A stretch of DNA of 64,000 bases from a virus (taxonomy: Duplodnaviria > Heunggongvirae > Uroviricota > Caudoviricetes), in IMG/VR virus record IMGVR_UViG_3300026488_000246, positions 83,463-147,462 of that record. The stretch is one strand, 5' to 3'. Position 1 is the stretch's first letter, and every line of letters starts with the position of its first letter. Both the position numbers and the translations under genes were made by a program. The notes under the pieces are model-generated. The model made no database searches and was not told the origin of the DNA. It saw only the letters and a list, made by a program, of their open reading frames with translations. Shown in pieces: positions 60,246-64,000 of this stretch.

Positions 60246-61169
60246 ATGATGAATATAGCAAACCTCACAACATACGTACTACAACTTCCTATACTTGCTA
60301 TGTATGATACTAGTAAATCATATGAAGTTTGGGGTGTAACAGAAGCTGAAAAACGATACCTTAAAAGTCTGTCTGATGAACCAACAATCTTGAAAAACGA
60401 GGATGAGCCTATTGAAGTTTACCGCATTTATGGACGAGAGTTATATGTGAGAGCTTGTGACCTCAATGAAGCTCGACCAAAATATTCAAATCATATGATT
60501 CTTCCAAGAGTCTTAGAGCATCTTACTTTCAAAACAATAAGAAGCATATTTCTTAACGGTTACGAAAAAGTTACGTTTTGCTCACCAGCTATGGATGACA
60601 CATTCTATAATTTCCTTGCTAGATTAGACATACATGCTCTACAACAAATTCGTGCCAATTTTGAAATTTGTAATGAGTTTGAAGATGTTTACCATGATGC
60701 TCATAAATGGTTTACATCTGAGGATAACATAAAAGAAATCCTCAGGCTCCAAGAACTTGACACAATGTATATTGGAGGATTTAAGCAATATGTAGGAATT
60801 GCTACTGGTATCCAACGTTCGTCTAACCCAATGCTTTTTGATCTAGATATTCCTAAGGTTCGTGAGCATACAGAAAAGTTTCTTAGTGATGTTTTTCATG
60901 CATGTTGTTATTCACCATATGAAATTCCTTATAAGCTGCTACAATGTTATGAAAACGGCTACAATGAAATTCCTGTAGTTATTTTCAAAAATATGCATTA
61001 CTTTGAGCATAATCCAGTACTGGAGCTGGATGGTTATCTTATTCGTACATTGCTAACAGAAGAGTTCCTTAGTAATTTGCTTATGATGGATAACATATTG
61101 ACAATTGAAACTGTAGTTCAAAATAGTTTAAAACCAGGATTAGCTACAGCCATCGTGAGTGCAAAATAA
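60246..61169 (+). CDS. hypothetical protein
   Basis: RBS AAGGAGG. Confidence 0.6.
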   Translation: MMNIANLTTYVLQLPILAMYDTSKSYEVWGVTEAEKRYLKSLSDEPTILKNEDEPIEVYRIYGRELYVRACDLNEARPKYSNHMILPRVLEHLTFKTIRSIFLNGYEKVTFCSPAMDDTFYNFLARLDIHALQQIRANFEICNEFEDVYHDAHKWFTSEDNIKEILRLQELDTMYIGGFKQYVGIATGIQRSSNPMLFDLDIPKVREHTEKFLSDVFHACCYSPYEIPYKLLQCYENGYNEIPVVIFKNMHYFEHNPVLELDGYLIRTLLTEEFLSNLLMMDNILTIETVVQNSLKPGLATAIVSAK

Positions 61170-61220
61170 CCATTCGGGGAGTATGGCCAATAAGTGACCA
61201 TACTCCCTTTGCTTTCATTG

Positions 61221-61245
61221 TTCATTTATATTAAACTGGTAGAAG
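61221..61245 (+). promoter_or_regulatory. promoter-like motif B (variant)
   Basis: TTCATTTATATTAAACTGGTAGAAG. Preceded by a terminator hairpin at 61177-61207. Confidence 0.35.
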
Positions 61246-61345
61246 TGATATATTTGCTATTTTGTTTTGGTTCGTTATAATATAGTTTGGTGGTGTAGAT
61301 CTTGATGTATAAGTTACATACATCAATTGTACGTCGAGGTCTAAA

Positions 61346-61729
61346 ATGCGTTACATTGAGGTTTACTCGTTTAAGGTTTTCTTGAAAACTTCTCCAATCA
61401 ACAAGAGCAAGCATTGGATTGAATTAGAAGTTAGACACAAACTAGATGATTATATGGCTCTTGATGTCGATGATAGGGAACGAGCTGCAATGCTTATACG
61501 ACAAATAGCTGATTTCTTATTTGAATCGTCTGTGATTGTCTTCACACTTGAAAGGCTTGGTTATCTGGATGAATCATCTGATGTAGATTTCTTCTTTTCA
61601 CTGAATGGTAAATTTAATGCATGTAAATCAGATGATGAGTTACTTTATCAGATAATTCGTGCATTTTGCTATGTAGTGGAGCATAAGATGCCATGTTTTC
61701 AACTCGTACATACTCAAGTTTCAGCTTAA
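61346..61729 (+). CDS. hypothetical protein, paralog of 62115..62510
   Basis: IADFLFESSVIVF aligns with IVDFLYESSIILF in 62115. Confidence 0.6.
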   Translation: MRYIEVYSFKVFLKTSPINKSKHWIELEVRHKLDDYMALDVDDRERAAMLIRQIADFLFESSVIVFTLERLGYLDESSDVDFFFSLNGKFNACKSDDELLYQIIRAFCYVVEHKMPCFQLVHTQVSA

Positions 61730-61759
61730 AAACAAGCAAAAAAAAAAGGAGGTGTTGTA

Positions 61760-62109
61760 TGGAGTACTTACAGAAGATTGACTGGAACCTCTTCAAGCAA
61801 TGTGTGGATGGAGATGCTACAAATCTAGTCATCAACAAAATTCTGAAACTCCAAGAAGAGGTTGGTGAATTAGCTGCCATCTGGCTTGCTAAAATCAATG
61901 CTTCAAACAAAAGTGGTTCTTCTGTTAGACAACTTGAAGAAGATCCAAGTGCTGTTATGGAAGAAGCTCTTGACGTGTTACTCGTAACTATTGATTTGAT
62001 TGAAGCAATCAAAAAACATGAAAAGATTTCTGATGATGTTATTGCTAATATCTTTAATAGAAAAGTGAGAAAATGGGCAAGAAAACTTGAGAAATCCAAG
62101 GAAGGATAA
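61760..62109 (+). CDS. MazG-like nucleoside triphosphate pyrophosphohydrolase
   Basis: KLQEEVGELAAIW. RBS AAGGAGGTG. Confidence 0.55.
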
Positions 62110-62114
62110 AAGCG

Positions 62115-62510
62115 ATGATGTACATTGATAGTTTCTCATGTAGTACGTACGTTAGGACACTACCGATTAAAGCAAGTAAGGATGAAATTGTAAGGATGTT
62201 GCAACAAGAAATTATGAAGATGAGAAAGAATGATCCAGAAATTCCGGATATTGAGACTTGTGTTTTAGATGAGATTGTAGACTTTCTCTACGAATCATCT
62301 ATAATCCTTTTTGTTGAAATAGTATGGAAATACAGCGAAAACGGATCGTATGAGGAAAGGTATATGGATGCAAAGGGCAAATCTGGTGTAAGATATGTTA
62401 AGGAATACATTAACGTTGAGTATCCATCTCCTCTTTTCCTGGTGCTTTCAGCACTTAGGTCAATTTTAGATAAACTAGAATGTTTCATCACACTAAAAAC
62501 GGAGGTGTAA
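62115..62510 (+). CDS. hypothetical protein, paralog of 61346..61729
   Basis: See 61346. Confidence 0.6.
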   Translation: MMYIDSFSCSTYVRTLPIKASKDEIVRMLQQEIMKMRKNDPEIPDIETCVLDEIVDFLYESSIILFVEIVWKYSENGSYEERYMDAKGKSGVRYVKEYINVEYPSPLFLVLSALRSILDKLECFITLKTEV

Positions 62511-62512
62511 AC

Positions 62513-63583
62513 ATGCAGCTAATGGAAATCACAAACCTAGCTAAGTTTCTTGAAAGTGTATTACCTATGAAGTCCACAGAAAACCTACTTATCTCAGGTG
62601 CTCCTGGAATTGGAAAGTCTGAAATCACCTATCAAGTTTGTGAAAAGCTTGGGTTGAATCTACTTGAAGTCAGGCTTTATGAAGAGGGAGAGACAGCAGC
62701 TGGTCTTCCTAAACTACACTCAGACATCACAGAATTTACTAAGACATGGTGGTTCAAAGAGCTTGAGACAGGAAAGTATGATGTGTTATTCCTTGATGAT
62801 TTTCATCTTGTTCCACCTATGATTCAATCTTATCTTTACAGGTTCCTTACATCAAGAGTTTTCCACAACTATACACTAGACAAACCAATCAAGATAATAG
62901 TAGCTGGTAACTTCAATCTACAAACAGCATCTGCTACAGAAGTACAATCTCCTATTATGTCTAGATTTTCAATGGCGGTTGAATACAAACCAACAGTTGA
63001 TACATTCATTGAATATATGACACAAAAACCTGATGTTTTCCATGTATCAATCATCGCATTCCTAAAAGCATTTCCAGATTATCTTTATCATACAGATCCA
63101 CCTTACACAGAAATGTATCACAATCCTCGTTCATGGGAAAGGTTATCAAGATACATCATGGAAAATGAACAGATGCATAAGTTTGCACCTGCTATTGTGG
63201 GATATGATGCAGGAGGTAAGTTTGTCGAATATTGGAAGATTCTTGCAAGACCTCTACGTGATCTCCTAAATGTTGATATTCAAACTATCAAAGAAAATTC
63301 TCCAAGAGATGTTTATGCACATCTAGCCGCTATTGCATTACATTTTGCAGATGCAGTAAACAAAGGTGATAAAGAATCTGTTAAAGCCATTGTAGATTAT
63401 GTATCACAGCAAGTAGATCCTGATTCAGAAGAAGGTAACTTTTATAACTTGTTTGTTTACCAAATCTTCAAGTCAAGGAAACTCTTTGGAAAACTACATA
63501 TTGTAGCTATGAGATCTACACCTGATGTTAGAGAGTACCTTAAAAAGTATACGGAAGAAATGGTTTCTATTTCAAACCTTTAA
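62513..63583 (+). CDS. MoxR-like AAA ATPase
   Basis: Walker A ISGAPGIGKSE. Walker B VLFLDDFHLV. RBS ACGGAGGTG. Confidence 0.6.
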   Translation: MQLMEITNLAKFLESVLPMKSTENLLISGAPGIGKSEITYQVCEKLGLNLLEVRLYEEGETAAGLPKLHSDITEFTKTWWFKELETGKYDVLFLDDFHLVPPMIQSYLYRFLTSRVFHNYTLDKPIKIIVAGNFNLQTASATEVQSPIMSRFSMAVEYKPTVDTFIEYMTQKPDVFHVSIIAFLKAFPDYLYHTDPPYTEMYHNPRSWERLSRYIMENEQMHKFAPAIVGYDAGGKFVEYWKILARPLRDLLNVDIQTIKENSPRDVYAHLAAIALHFADAVNKGDKESVKAIVDYVSQQVDPDSEEGNFYNLFVYQIFKSRKLFGKLHIVAMRSTPDVREYLKKYTEEMVSISNL

Positions 63584-63586
63584 CAA

Positions 63587-63612
63587 GAAGGGCCTTAAAA
63601 GGCCCTTCTTAG
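63587..63612 (+). terminator. hairpin terminator
   Basis: GAAGGGCCTT ... AAGGCCCTTC. Confidence 0.55.
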
Positions 63613-63635
63613 CTTCTTTCTTGGGGGAATGATTA

Positions 63636-64000
63636 TGGATTTAAAGACAGTTAAAACCTTAGCTTATAGGATTTTAAGGACATCAGGTTTATGGGTGGTT
63701 CCTGTCCAATTCAAAGATGATATTACAAGTTGGACAGATGGTAAGATTATTACAATTGCAGATAAACACAGAAAAGATGATGCTGAATTTCTTTATACAT
63801 TCATACATGAATTTCTTCATATGATTCTTCTTCATCCAAGAAGAATGCAAACAATTAGACTTGACAATCGATACAGAATCATTTACAATATAGCTGCTGA
63901 TGCAGTAATAGATTCCATTGTTAACAGTTTACCAAAGGATCTAGTACCTAAATGGATAGATAAGATTCAGCAACATGCCACAATGGATTCAAAGGTAGCT
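63636..64000 (+). CDS. HExxH metallopeptidase-like protein (3'-truncated at window edge)
   Basis: FIHEFLHMILLH. Partnered with the MoxR-like ATPase, as in MoxR/VWA-metallopeptidase pairs. Confidence 0.45.

Overview
The window looks like part of a large, AT-rich (about 35% GC) virulent tailed-phage genome. The likely host is a bacterium, because almost every gene is preceded by a strong GGAGG-type ribosome-binding site (RBS).

Coding strand layout: genes 1-19045 run on +, genes 19115-36614 run on -, and genes 36749-64000 run on +. The strand switches sit at bidirectional hairpin terminators.

Recognisable functions:
- tRNA repair: a polynucleotide-kinase-like P-loop kinase next to an ATP-dependent RNA ligase.
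- Replication and recombination: an SF1 (UvrD-like) helicase; a putative primase-polymerase of the archaeo-eukaryotic primase (AEP) superfamily; a DnaQ-type (DEDD-family) 3'-5' exonuclease; and a T4-type split topoisomerase II (gp39-like GyrB ATPase/Toprim subunit and gp52-like GyrA-type subunit), with about 4.6 kb of small genes inserted between the two subunits.
- Nucleotide metabolism: a MazG-like NTP pyrophosphatase.
- Lysis: a glycoside hydrolase family 108 (GH108) endolysin.
- Structural: a large minus-strand module of beta-propeller, fibronectin type III (FN3) and PKD-like domain proteins, including 1063-aa and about 1220-aa fibre-like proteins.
- Other: a stomatin/prohibitin-like (SPFH/band-7) membrane protein, a small secreted CxxCH c-type cytochrome, and a MoxR-like AAA ATPase followed by an HExxH metallopeptidase-like gene.
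- Mobile element: an IS607-family element (serine-recombinase TnpA plus TnpB) inserted at the 3' end of a truncated paralog of the MoxR-like ATPase.

The most unusual content:
1. A dispersed family of at least 10 small proteins (110-150 aa) with a conserved N-terminal motif x-S-(I/L)-x-x-(G/S)-F-(I/V)-T-N-S-S-(T/S)-hydrophobic strand, followed by unrelated C-terminal domains. Three members sit directly beside SPASM-type radical-SAM enzymes.
2. Four radical-SAM enzymes within 12 kb. One is RlmN/Cfr-like. One is preceded by a 47-aa Ala/Gly-rich peptide gene and a hairpin, which is the classic architecture of an operon for a ribosomally synthesized, post-translationally modified peptide (RiPP).
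3. A roughly 50-nt intergenic cassette, TAGTTACCTAACCTTATA...TGTATACAACTATATTACAAAATGAAACGCTTCC, repeated 6 times, and a second promoter-like motif, AATCATTTATATAAAACTGRTAGAAAG, repeated 4 times.
4. An 880-bp G+T-skewed, GC-elevated repeat island (5221-6102) containing two different 47-bp tandem duplications and several hairpins.
5. A G4-run frameshift that splits a fibre gene.

No rRNA, tRNA or CRISPR array was recognised.
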